64,000 nucleotides of DNA from NCBI GenBank assembly GCA_046080565.1, contig JBJTUF010000092.1, forward strand, positions 5,135 to 69,134, written 5' to 3'. The translations under genes were made by a program, and so were the position numbers. Position 1 is the stretch's first letter. The number at the start of each line of letters is the position of its first letter. The notes under the pieces were generated by a model that saw only the letters and a program-made list of their open reading frames with translations, searched no databases and was not told the DNA's origin. Positions 32,602 through 40,901 of this stretch are shown here, piece by piece. This DNA is from Cuspidothrix sp. GTDB lineage: Bacteria > Cyanobacteriota > Cyanobacteriia > Cyanobacteriales > Nostocaceae.

Positions 32602-33363
32602 ATGAATCAGCGACTAACTCAAGAACAATTAAACCAAATTATTGTAGAAGTTCAAGGTTTACAATTACGTCAAGAAGCGGAATTTGATCAAAAGCAAATT
32701 CACGAAATTTTACAAGAGTTAAATTTACCACCAGAATTATTAGATGAAGCATTAATTCAATTACGTCGTCGTCAAGCTTTGGAAGTGCAACAACGGCGAA
32801 ATAAAATGATTCTAGCAGGAGTAGTTGCGGCTGTAATCCTAACTGTAGGAGGATTCTTCTTTGTGAATCAGCGACAGAATTCTTTACTCACTAATATTTC
32901 TGTTCAACAAGATAAAATTACCTTAGCAGATAATCGTAATTTGCAAACAATTGATCGTCAATCGAATCCTGAAATTTTTTATCGTGTCACTTTAAAAGAT
33001 GCCCCCATAGGTCAAAAATTATCTCTTACTTGTAATTGGATTGATCCCAGGGCTGTTTCATTCTAAAATCTGACATTTTATGTATTTACGACAATGCATC
33101 ATTTTAGGCTTCAGGAATTCCATCTCACAATGGCTGAAAACACCTAAATTCGTTGCTTAAATCTAGAATGAAATAACCCTGGGATTGATCCTAATGGTCA
33201 AGTTGTTAAACAAAATAACTATCCAACCCGCGAAATTACAACTTCTATTTGGGATACCTATTGTCGTTATACTATTAATCCTACTGCACCTGTGGGTAAT
33301 TGGAAAGTAGAAATATTAGTAGCAGGAAGAAAAATTAGTGATGAAACATTTGTAGTTAAATAA
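32602..33363 (+). pseudogene. DUF3859-like membrane protein interrupted by a MITE
   Basis: Removing 33048..33191 restores CNWIDPNGQVVKQNNYPTREITTSIWDTYCRY...GNWKVEILVAGRKISDETFVVK* ending at 33363. Confidence 0.85.
33048..33181. mobile_element. 134-bp MITE with 18-bp TIRs and 10-bp target-site duplication
   Basis: CAGGGCTGTTTCATTCTA / TAGAATGAAATAACCCTG (16/18 match); GGATTGATCC duplicated at 33038-33047 and 33182-33191. Confidence 0.93.
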
Positions 33364-33431
33364 GCTGTTGTGTATTTAGTTTGGATCAATAAATCAAATC
33401 ACAAAAGTCAAATAAATTATACTTCAGACTA

Positions 33432-35126
33432 ATGTTTCCCTATCATTTTATCGGTTATTGGGGTCATCAAAAAAAAGAACTTCTGAACCAAAATTGGCAA
33501 GGAGCAAAAAAAGAAAATTTTCTTTTCAAGATTATTTATATAGATTCTAATTCTGTACCTACTTTACCAGAAAATACCCTTGCAGCTATTTCAGCATCGG
33601 GATTTGCTGAACCTGATATTTGGGTGAAGATAGAAAAAGATAGGTTAATTTTGGGTAGAGAAGCATTTGGGAGAGTTCCTTTATTTTGGACTCTACAAAA
33701 TAATGTCATTTGGTTTGCTTCTCAATTAAAATTACTGTTAGAAATAAAAGAAAATCCAGAAATTAGTATTTCTGGTTTATATGGTTATACTTGTTTTTCT
33801 TATATTCCTAATCCTTTAACTACTGTAAATGAGGTTTTTTCTGTAGCTGCGGGAAGTGAGGTTATTTTTGATATTGATAATCTTGGTTTTACTGAAGTTA
33901 GAAAAATTTATCAATGGACCGAATCAAAAGAACAAATTGCAGATGAAAATGTCGCAGTTTCTCAATTACAAAAATTACTAAAAAATTCCATAGAAAACCA
34001 AATTTCTGACTTAAAAGATGACCCAGTAGGCGTTTTTCTTTCGGGGGGTTTAGATTCTTCCATAGTTGCTGCTTTATTGGTGCAAGCAGGTGTAAAAGTT
34101 CGCGCTTATGCTTTAGATTTTGGTCAGTTTGGTATTTCTGAATATCCCTATGCAGAACAGGTAGCGCAGTTTCTCAATATTCCTTTAATTAAAGTTGATG
34201 CAAGTCCCCAGAATATTAAAAATGCCATTATTCCCACAGTCAAAGCTTTAGATTTACCTTTTGGTGATGGTGTCACTGTTCCTTTATATCTTTTAAATCA
34301 AGTTGCTTCTCAAGAAGTTCAGGTGATTTTTAATGGTGAAGGTGGTGATCAATTATTTGCAGGTTGGACAAATAAACCGTTAATTGCTGCGGGTATTTAT
34401 CAAGGTGAACATCCTCAAAAAAATGAAAGTTTTATTCATCAATATTTGCGAACTTTTCACCGTCTTTGGGGTCATGAAAAACAGGTTTATCAGCCAGAAA
34501 TTTATGCTCAGATTCAGGATTTAAATGCCCAGGAATGGCTATTTGATGCTCTTGATACTCGTTTTTGTCCTTCCTTGTTACATCGTTTGCGTCGTGCTAG
34601 TTTGATGTTAAAAGGAGCGCAAAATATTCATCCCCGCGCAACTGCGTTAAGTTTTGTGCATCGGTTAAATGTGCGATCGCCCTTTTGTGATTTACCATTA
34701 GCAGAATGGACTTTTCAACTATCTGGAGAACTCTGTTTACAAGGTGCTTGTGAAAAGTATATACTCAAACGTGCTGTAGAAAATCGGCTACCATCAGAAA
34801 TCGTTTGGAGACAAAAACGAGGTATGGGAGTTCCCTTAACCTCTTGGTGTGTAAATAATTTTTGGCATGATATCGGTAATTGGTTAAATCCTGGTATACT
34901 ACAGGCAGAAAATATTTTTTATCCTGATATAGCAGCACACATTATTACAGGACAATTAGGAGGGAATATTCAAGGACGACGGATAGGTGAAATACTGTGG
35001 TTATTGATAATGTGGGAACTTTGGTACACTCACATCTTTGGAATCAAACTAGGTTCAAAATCTTGGAATCATCCATTTTTATTCCCTAATTGGTTATGGA
35101 AAAAATACAAAAAATTCCAATTTTAA
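33432..35126 (+). CDS. Asparagine-synthetase-like ATP-dependent amide ligase lacking the N-terminal catalytic Cys
   Basis: LSGGLDSS PP-loop, GEGGDQLFAG, RSPF, EKYILK and RQKRG motifs; N-terminus MFPYHF has no Ntn cysteine. Confidence 0.85.
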   Translation: MFPYHFIGYWGHQKKELLNQNWQGAKKENFLFKIIYIDSNSVPTLPENTLAAISASGFAEPDIWVKIEKDRLILGREAFGRVPLFWTLQNNVIWFASQLKLLLEIKENPEISISGLYGYTCFSYIPNPLTTVNEVFSVAAGSEVIFDIDNLGFTEVRKIYQWTESKEQIADENVAVSQLQKLLKNSIENQISDLKDDPVGVFLSGGLDSSIVAALLVQAGVKVRAYALDFGQFGISEYPYAEQVAQFLNIPLIKVDASPQNIKNAIIPTVKALDLPFGDGVTVPLYLLNQVASQEVQVIFNGEGGDQLFAGWTNKPLIAAGIYQGEHPQKNESFIHQYLRTFHRLWGHEKQVYQPEIYAQIQDLNAQEWLFDALDTRFCPSLLHRLRRASLMLKGAQNIHPRATALSFVHRLNVRSPFCDLPLAEWTFQLSGELCLQGACEKYILKRAVENRLPSEIVWRQKRGMGVPLTSWCVNNFWHDIGNWLNPGILQAENIFYPDIAAHIITGQLGGNIQGRRIGEILWLLIMWELWYTHIFGIKLGSKSWNHPFLFPNWLWKKYKKFQF

Positions 35127-36298
35127 CAACTCCATTTTCTCTAGAACTCGCTCAAGAATTATTACAAATTTACGGTTCTCCCTTATATGTTTATGATGGC
35201 GATATTTTACGCCAAACTATTTCCCATACTACAAAAGCTTTCACCTATCCCCAAACCCAGTTTTATTTTGCGAGTGTCACCAATGGAAATATTGCATTAT
35301 TAAAAATCTTTAAAAATGCCGGTTGGGGACTTCATGCAAATACACCAGGTGATATTTATTTAGGTTTAAACGCTGGTTTTACACCCCAGAATATTGTATA
35401 TAGTGGAAGTAATTTGAATCGGGAGGAAATGTCACAAGTTTTAAATTGGGGTGTGAATACTTTAAATTTAGATAGTATTTCTCAGTTACATTTATTGTCT
35501 GAAGTTTTTTTAGATCATCCACAGGAAAAGTTAAATATTGGTTTACGTTTAAACATCTCAGAAGATAGTCGTATTGGTGTTAGTATAGCAGATTTTGATC
35601 AAGCTGTTGCTATTGCTAACCATGCAGGTTTAAAAATTTCTGGTTTACATTTTTATCGCGGTACAGGAACTAACGCAACCGTAGCTTTTACTGACGTAAT
35701 TGATCAGATTCTAGAGATAGGAAAAAATTTACCAAATTGGCAATATTTAGATTTTGGTGGTGGGTTTGGTTATCCCTATCATCATCAAGGAGCAGCTTTT
35801 GATCGGGTAATTTTTGGAGATGAATTAAGTAGAAGAATTAGTAAATTACAGCAAAATATTAATTTGATAATTGAACCAGGACGCGCTGCTGTTGCTGGTT
35901 GTGCGACAATGTTAGCAAAGGTTGTTTCTGTAAAATGGCAAAATCAAAAACAAATTATTGGGGTAGATTCTACCGTTGCTAATATTTCCGTTCCTGCTGT
36001 ACATGGAGGTTATCGAGAAATTGTAACTTGGAAAAATCCAACTTCGCAAAAGTATCTCACTGATATTTGTGGAAATACCACATATTCACGGGATTATTTA
36101 GGAAAAAATTGCCAACTTCTCCCTTTAGAAATTGGTGATATCATCGCTATTTTAGATGTCGGTGCTTATGGTTATGCAATGTCTTCTCACTTTTTACATC
36201 GTCCCAAACCTGCGGAAGTTTTATTAGAAAATCAAAAACATCGTTTAATTAGAAAACGAGAAGATTACAGCGTTTTACTTAATAATCAAATCTTCTAA
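35096..36298 (+). CDS. LysA/ODC-fold (group IV decarboxylase-like) protein with atypical active site
   Basis: YGSPLYVYD, GLRLN, DFGGGFG, EPGR and GAYG..MSS motifs; FASVTN replaces the YAxKAN lysine motif. Confidence 0.8.
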   Translation: MEKIQKIPILTTPFSLELAQELLQIYGSPLYVYDGDILRQTISHTTKAFTYPQTQFYFASVTNGNIALLKIFKNAGWGLHANTPGDIYLGLNAGFTPQNIVYSGSNLNREEMSQVLNWGVNTLNLDSISQLHLLSEVFLDHPQEKLNIGLRLNISEDSRIGVSIADFDQAVAIANHAGLKISGLHFYRGTGTNATVAFTDVIDQILEIGKNLPNWQYLDFGGGFGYPYHHQGAAFDRVIFGDELSRRISKLQQNINLIIEPGRAAVAGCATMLAKVVSVKWQNQKQIIGVDSTVANISVPAVHGGYREIVTWKNPTSQKYLTDICGNTTYSRDYLGKNCQLLPLEIGDIIAILDVGAYGYAMSSHFLHRPKPAEVLLENQKHRLIRKREDYSVLLNNQIF

Positions 36299-36401
36299 CA
36301 GATCCCTGACTTCTTGTTTAAATCTTGTCATCAAATAAATAATTTATCTTAGAAGTTGGGGATCTTCAACACATTACAAATTACCAATTACCAAAAAACT
36401 T

Positions 36402-37703
36402 ATGAAATGTATTAACTGCGGAACTGACAACACTTTAAAAGACAGAACAGCAAACCAAGGAAGATGTAAACAATGCAATCATCCTTTTGCTTTTGAACCA
36501 ACAACTATGGGAACTGTAAAAATTACAGATCCTATGTTTGCTAAAATATTATCTGATATTTCCGCTAATAATACTTTATATTTTACACCCAAACAACTTT
36601 TATATTTCTTAGATAGTCGTATCCGCAAAAAAGGATTTGTAATAGGTGCATTTATCGCTTTGTATTTATTTTTAACTATTTGGGTAACTGGTTTTTTTGG
36701 AGGACTAACAAGTGGTTTTTTACCTAACTCTTTTGTTATTGCTAACTTAGTTTATCAAATAGGAACAATTTGGTATTTATTTAATAATACTAAGTCTACT
36801 AAACTAACTAATCCTAGTCGCAAAGCAAGTGCTAAAGTATTAAGATTTCTAGGAGTAGGAATTCTAGTTTTAGGAGGATTAATTAGTTGGTTTGCTTTAA
36901 ATTCTGTTCCTGTTTTATCTATTGTAGTTATTTTAGGAATTTTGTCCATATTTTTAGGAACTCGACAGTTAGGAAAAGTAGGAAATTTACCCCAGGAATT
37001 TTTAGTTACTCAATCTTATGTAGATAGTTGGTTAGAAAATTGGCAGCGAATTAATGGTAACGTAGATAAAGTTTTAACAGTATCACAAGAAAAAATCGCA
37101 CCTGCATCTATTAACCCCGATGTTACCGCTTATAGTTTTGATAGGTTAGTAGTTTGTGATAGTGCTAATATTGCACAATTCCTAATTGCAAATAACTTCC
37201 ATTTTGAAAATAATTGTGCAATTTTGAGTATTACCGGTTATCCGCAAAGCATTTTTACCACAACTTTGGAAATGGTTAAACGTAACCCAGATTTACAAGT
37301 TTTTGCTATCCATGATTGTAGTCCTAAAGGAGTTAGTTTAGTCCATCATCTGCGTAGTAGCGAAAATTGGTTTTTCAATAGTGATGTGACTATTATTGAT
37401 GTGGGTTTATTACCTCGTCAAATTCTGGCAAATAAACGGGGAATGTTTGTCCAAAATACAGCTTCTTTAGCTAAAAAATCCACAGAATTACCTTTAGAAG
37501 TTCGTCAAACATTATCTACTGAAGAATTAGCTTGGTTAGATGCGGGTAATTCTGTCGAGTTGGAATCCTTTTCCCCACAAATGTTAGTTAAAGTTCTTAG
37601 AAATGGTATTTCTGGAAGTATGAATTTAGCAAGTGATGATAGTAGTTTTATAGTGGTTGGTGATTCTGGGAATGATATTTACATCGTAGAAAGTTTTGGT
37701 TAA
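36402..37703 (+). CDS. Zn-ribbon, multi-TM, TopoVI-A/Spo11-like TOPRIM protein (paralog 1)
   Basis: CINC...CKQC; TPKQLLY; about 4 hydrophobic helices; RLVVCD...NCAILSITGYP...IHDCSPKG...VGLLP...VELES. Confidence 0.6.
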   Translation: MKCINCGTDNTLKDRTANQGRCKQCNHPFAFEPTTMGTVKITDPMFAKILSDISANNTLYFTPKQLLYFLDSRIRKKGFVIGAFIALYLFLTIWVTGFFGGLTSGFLPNSFVIANLVYQIGTIWYLFNNTKSTKLTNPSRKASAKVLRFLGVGILVLGGLISWFALNSVPVLSIVVILGILSIFLGTRQLGKVGNLPQEFLVTQSYVDSWLENWQRINGNVDKVLTVSQEKIAPASINPDVTAYSFDRLVVCDSANIAQFLIANNFHFENNCAILSITGYPQSIFTTTLEMVKRNPDLQVFAIHDCSPKGVSLVHHLRSSENWFFNSDVTIIDVGLLPRQILANKRGMFVQNTASLAKKSTELPLEVRQTLSTEELAWLDAGNSVELESFSPQMLVKVLRNGISGSMNLASDDSSFIVVGDSGNDIYIVESFG

Positions 37704-37706
37704 ATT

Positions 37707-39125
37707 ATGAAATGTATTAACTGTGGAACAGATAATAAATTACCAGAAAGAATAGTAAATGAAGGAAGATGTAAAGAATGTCATCATCCTTTTGTTTTTG
37801 AACCAACTACTATGGGTAAGTATAAGGTAACAGATGCTATGTTTGCTAAAGCGATAGCAGATATTTCTGGTAAAAATACTTTATATTTTACACCTAAACA
37901 ACTATTTTATTTCTTAGATAGTCGTTTAAGACCTAAATCATTTCCCGTAATTTACATACCTGTGTTAATATTTATTTATCTTTTCTTTAATGTTTGGTTA
38001 ACAGGATTCATAGGGATAGGTGGTCTTTTTTTATTAATGTTGTTGATAAGTATTGTAGGATCAATTTTATTATTTTTGGGAATACCAAATATCATGGGAA
38101 TAGACATAGTAGGAATAATGATAGGATTTATTAATCCATCAAATGGTATCAATTATGTTATTATTGCTAATGCTATATCTCAACTATATATCATTTACTT
38201 CCTACAGAAATTAACTAAATCTCCAGAACTTAATTATATTGTTCGTCGTCAAACAAGTCAATCTCTACAACTACTAGGAATATTCCTAATCATATCAGGA
38301 GTTGCTGGTAGTATTTATTTTAATTCCTATTTAATGCTGATCATTTTTCCTATTATTGGGATATTATCAGTATATGTAGGAACAAAACAATTAAATAAAG
38401 TTCAATTAGTAAATCAAGAACCATTATTTAAGCAGATAGATTTTCAAGCATGGTTAGAAAAATGGCAAAATATTAATGGAGTCACCAGTTATCTTTTAAA
38501 CAAACCACAGGAAACACTCAACCCAGCAAATATCAATCCTGAAGTTACAGCTTACAGTTTTGATAGATTAGTAGTATGTGATAGTGCGAATATTGCACAA
38601 TTATTAATTGCTAATAACTTCCACTTTGAAAACAACTGTGCAATTTTGAGTATTACAGGTTATCCTCAAAGCATTTTTGAAACAACAATGGAAATGCTAC
38701 GACGTAACCCCAATTTACAAGTTTTTGCTTTCCATGATTGTAGTCCTAAAGGTGTTAGCTTAATCCATCATCTTCGTAGTAGTGAAAATTGGTTTTTTAA
38801 TAGTGATGTAACAATTATTGATGTGGGTTTATTACCTCGTCAAATTCTGGCAAATAAACGGGGTATGTTTATCCAAAATACAGCTTCTCTAGCCAAAAAA
38901 TCTACAGAATTACCTTTAGAAGGCTGTCAAACATTATCTGCTGAAGAATTAGCTTGGTTAGATGCGGGTAATTTTATAGAATTGGAATCTTTTTCATCAC
39001 AAATACTGATTAAAGTTCTTAGAAATGGTATTTCTGGAAGTCTGAATTTAGAAAGTGATGATAGTAGTATGATTTTAATAGGTGATTCAGGTAATGATAT
39101 TTATATGGTGGAAAGTTTTGGTTAA
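37707..39125 (+). CDS. Zn-ribbon, multi-TM, TopoVI-A/Spo11-like TOPRIM protein (paralog 2)
   Basis: Same architecture with TPKQLFY, a longer divergent TM segment and a near-identical C-terminal ~200 aa. Confidence 0.6.
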   Translation: MKCINCGTDNKLPERIVNEGRCKECHHPFVFEPTTMGKYKVTDAMFAKAIADISGKNTLYFTPKQLFYFLDSRLRPKSFPVIYIPVLIFIYLFFNVWLTGFIGIGGLFLLMLLISIVGSILLFLGIPNIMGIDIVGIMIGFINPSNGINYVIIANAISQLYIIYFLQKLTKSPELNYIVRRQTSQSLQLLGIFLIISGVAGSIYFNSYLMLIIFPIIGILSVYVGTKQLNKVQLVNQEPLFKQIDFQAWLEKWQNINGVTSYLLNKPQETLNPANINPEVTAYSFDRLVVCDSANIAQLLIANNFHFENNCAILSITGYPQSIFETTMEMLRRNPNLQVFAFHDCSPKGVSLIHHLRSSENWFFNSDVTIIDVGLLPRQILANKRGMFIQNTASLAKKSTELPLEGCQTLSAEELAWLDAGNFIELESFSSQILIKVLRNGISGSLNLESDDSSMILIGDSGNDIYMVESFG

Positions 39126-39233
39126 AGTTCACATTCCGCACCGCTAAAGATGCAACTTTTGAATTGACAGATGCGATATTGCTGACAGGAAATATTTATT
39201 GCCTAGCAGACTTGTCTTGATCACCAGTATTTA

Positions 39234-39511
39234 GGGTTTGCTGAAAAAGTTTTGTGGTGACACTTGTTTCAAGAGTTTGATAGGAGTAATTTTTCTTTTG
39301 TGTAGAAATTAATAGGACTTACGCAAAAACTCTCCCAAACTCCTATTTCTCTGTGTTCTCTGCATTCTCTGCGGTTCGATATTCCGTGACTAGTGCGTAA
39401 GTCCTGATTAAGTGCAAGGTTTTTGAGTTCCGACTTCGTAAAATCTTGCACTTTTTTCACCTGAGAACGCCTCAAACCCTTGACCTGTCTTCACATTTAT
39501 TCAGCAAACCC
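39234..39511. mobile_element. MITE with GGGTTTGCTGAA TIRs and TA flanks, carrying a nested GGACTTACGCA element (39315..39404)
   Basis: TA-GGGTTTGCTGAA ... TTCAGCAAACCC-TA outer ends; inner GGACTTACGCA...TGCGTAAGTCC. Confidence 0.8.
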
Positions 39512-40833
39512 TATCTATAATCCTGGCTTTGAATATTTCGTAATCTTGCCGCATCTCTCATACCATAATCAGCACGGGTGAAGCGGTTCAATTGCATTTC
39601 AAAAAATTCTCGATTTGCTTGTAAATGTTTGGGATTTGGGTCATCTAAAGGATATAAAAGGGCAGTTCTCAAAGCTTGAATTACCGCAGAGGTGACATTA
39701 TACATGGAACGTTGGAAAGTAATCCCTAATTGAATTAACATATCCTCTTCTCCTCGACAATATTGTTGATAGTAATCAACTAAATATTGAGGGAGGAAAT
39801 GCAACATATCTTGCATTAATAACGTGGGAGGAATACCTGCTGTACCCACAGGAAAGACATCAGCGTAAAGGATGCCATAATGGAAGTCTTTTTGATCTTC
39901 GGGAACTTGTCCAGCTTGGGCATTATAAGACTTTGTACCTCTAAATGGGGCTGTGCGATAAAAAACAGCTTCTACATAGGGTAATGCGGCTTCATATAAC
40001 CAGGTAAAACCTTTAGATTTGGGGATGATTTCAATACATTCACCATCAACATAAACATGATGATAAATGGGACGACCTGCGATCGCAAATATACCATTAA
40101 TTAAAAAATTCATGGCATCAGGTACACCTTTAAAACCACCTTCATCATAAATATCGGACATTTCAAAAAATACAGGTGCCATTACTTCCCAGAAAAGTCC
40201 TAAATTAGAATAATAGGACATCATGCGGCACTGTTCCAAAAACATATCGGGGAACAGTTTATAAAGTCCTAACATTAAAGGATTTTTGCGAAAATAAGCT
40301 TTAATGGCTTTATCAGCGTTAGCTTTATATTCTTCTGAATCTAAATAGGCATCAAATTGGTTAACTGGTGCATACATTTTCCGATGCCATAACATGGCTT
40401 GCATACAAGCTTCCGCAAATTCCATGTTAATTCTGTCATGGAATAAATGATGGAAGATTTTGGGCATTTTGGTGGTTTCACCTTTTTCCATAAATGCCAG
40501 AAGTTCTGGGTGTGCAGTAGCGACACCGCGCCAAATTCTTAAATCGGCATCATCACCGGCATAGTGATTATGTAAGTCTAAATATTCTTGGGGTAAGAAA
40601 TATTTAAAAGCTGGTAAAGGGTCTAAAAATACTCTTTCGGCAATATAAAGTAAATCGCGCCAATAAAAATCCATCGGTACAGCATAAGCTTTGTAAATAC
40701 CGATAATTTGCATTAAATTTTCCGGTGTATCTGGCAGCATTGAACCACCAGCTTCTAAGCGATAAATAATTTCTGCAAATTCGTGTTGTGAAGGTGGAAT
40801 TTTGCTAGTGGGTTTGTCTGAAGTTTGTACCAT
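39511..40833 (-). CDS. cupA: CO2 hydration protein CupA (ChpY)
   Basis: RLEAGGSMLPDTPENLMQIIG and GIPPTLLMQDM motifs; 440-aa length and position after ndhF3/D3. Confidence 0.93.
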   Translation of the reverse strand: MVQTSDKPTSKIPPSQHEFAEIIYRLEAGGSMLPDTPENLMQIIGIYKAYAVPMDFYWRDLLYIAERVFLDPLPAFKYFLPQEYLDLHNHYAGDDADLRIWRGVATAHPELLAFMEKGETTKMPKIFHHLFHDRINMEFAEACMQAMLWHRKMYAPVNQFDAYLDSEEYKANADKAIKAYFRKNPLMLGLYKLFPDMFLEQCRMMSYYSNLGLFWEVMAPVFFEMSDIYDEGGFKGVPDAMNFLINGIFAIAGRPIYHHVYVDGECIEIIPKSKGFTWLYEAALPYVEAVFYRTAPFRGTKSYNAQAGQVPEDQKDFHYGILYADVFPVGTAGIPPTLLMQDMLHFLPQYLVDYYQQYCRGEEDMLIQLGITFQRSMYNVTSAVIQALRTALLYPLDDPNPKHLQANREFFEMQLNRFTRADYGMRDAARLRNIQSQDYR

Positions 40834-40856
40834 AATATTTTTGTTTTGGTTAATAT

Positions 40857-40885
40857 GTAGGGGTTTAGCATTGCTAAACCCCTAC
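40857..40885. repeat. REP-like GTAG palindrome
   Basis: Perfect GTAGGGGTTTAGCA-T-TGCTAAACCCCTAC; near copy at 62806..62833. Confidence 0.8.
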
Positions 40886-40901
40886 CTGTGATTTTTGATG
40901 A

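Noticed and set aside
33432-35126. Lasso peptide cluster
   Set aside because: No B1/PqqD, B2 protease or precursor peptide is visible nearby
36402-39125. Wadjet (JetABCD) or complete TopoVI system
   Set aside because: No SMC/JetABC or GHKL B subunit is in the window, and the TM architecture differs
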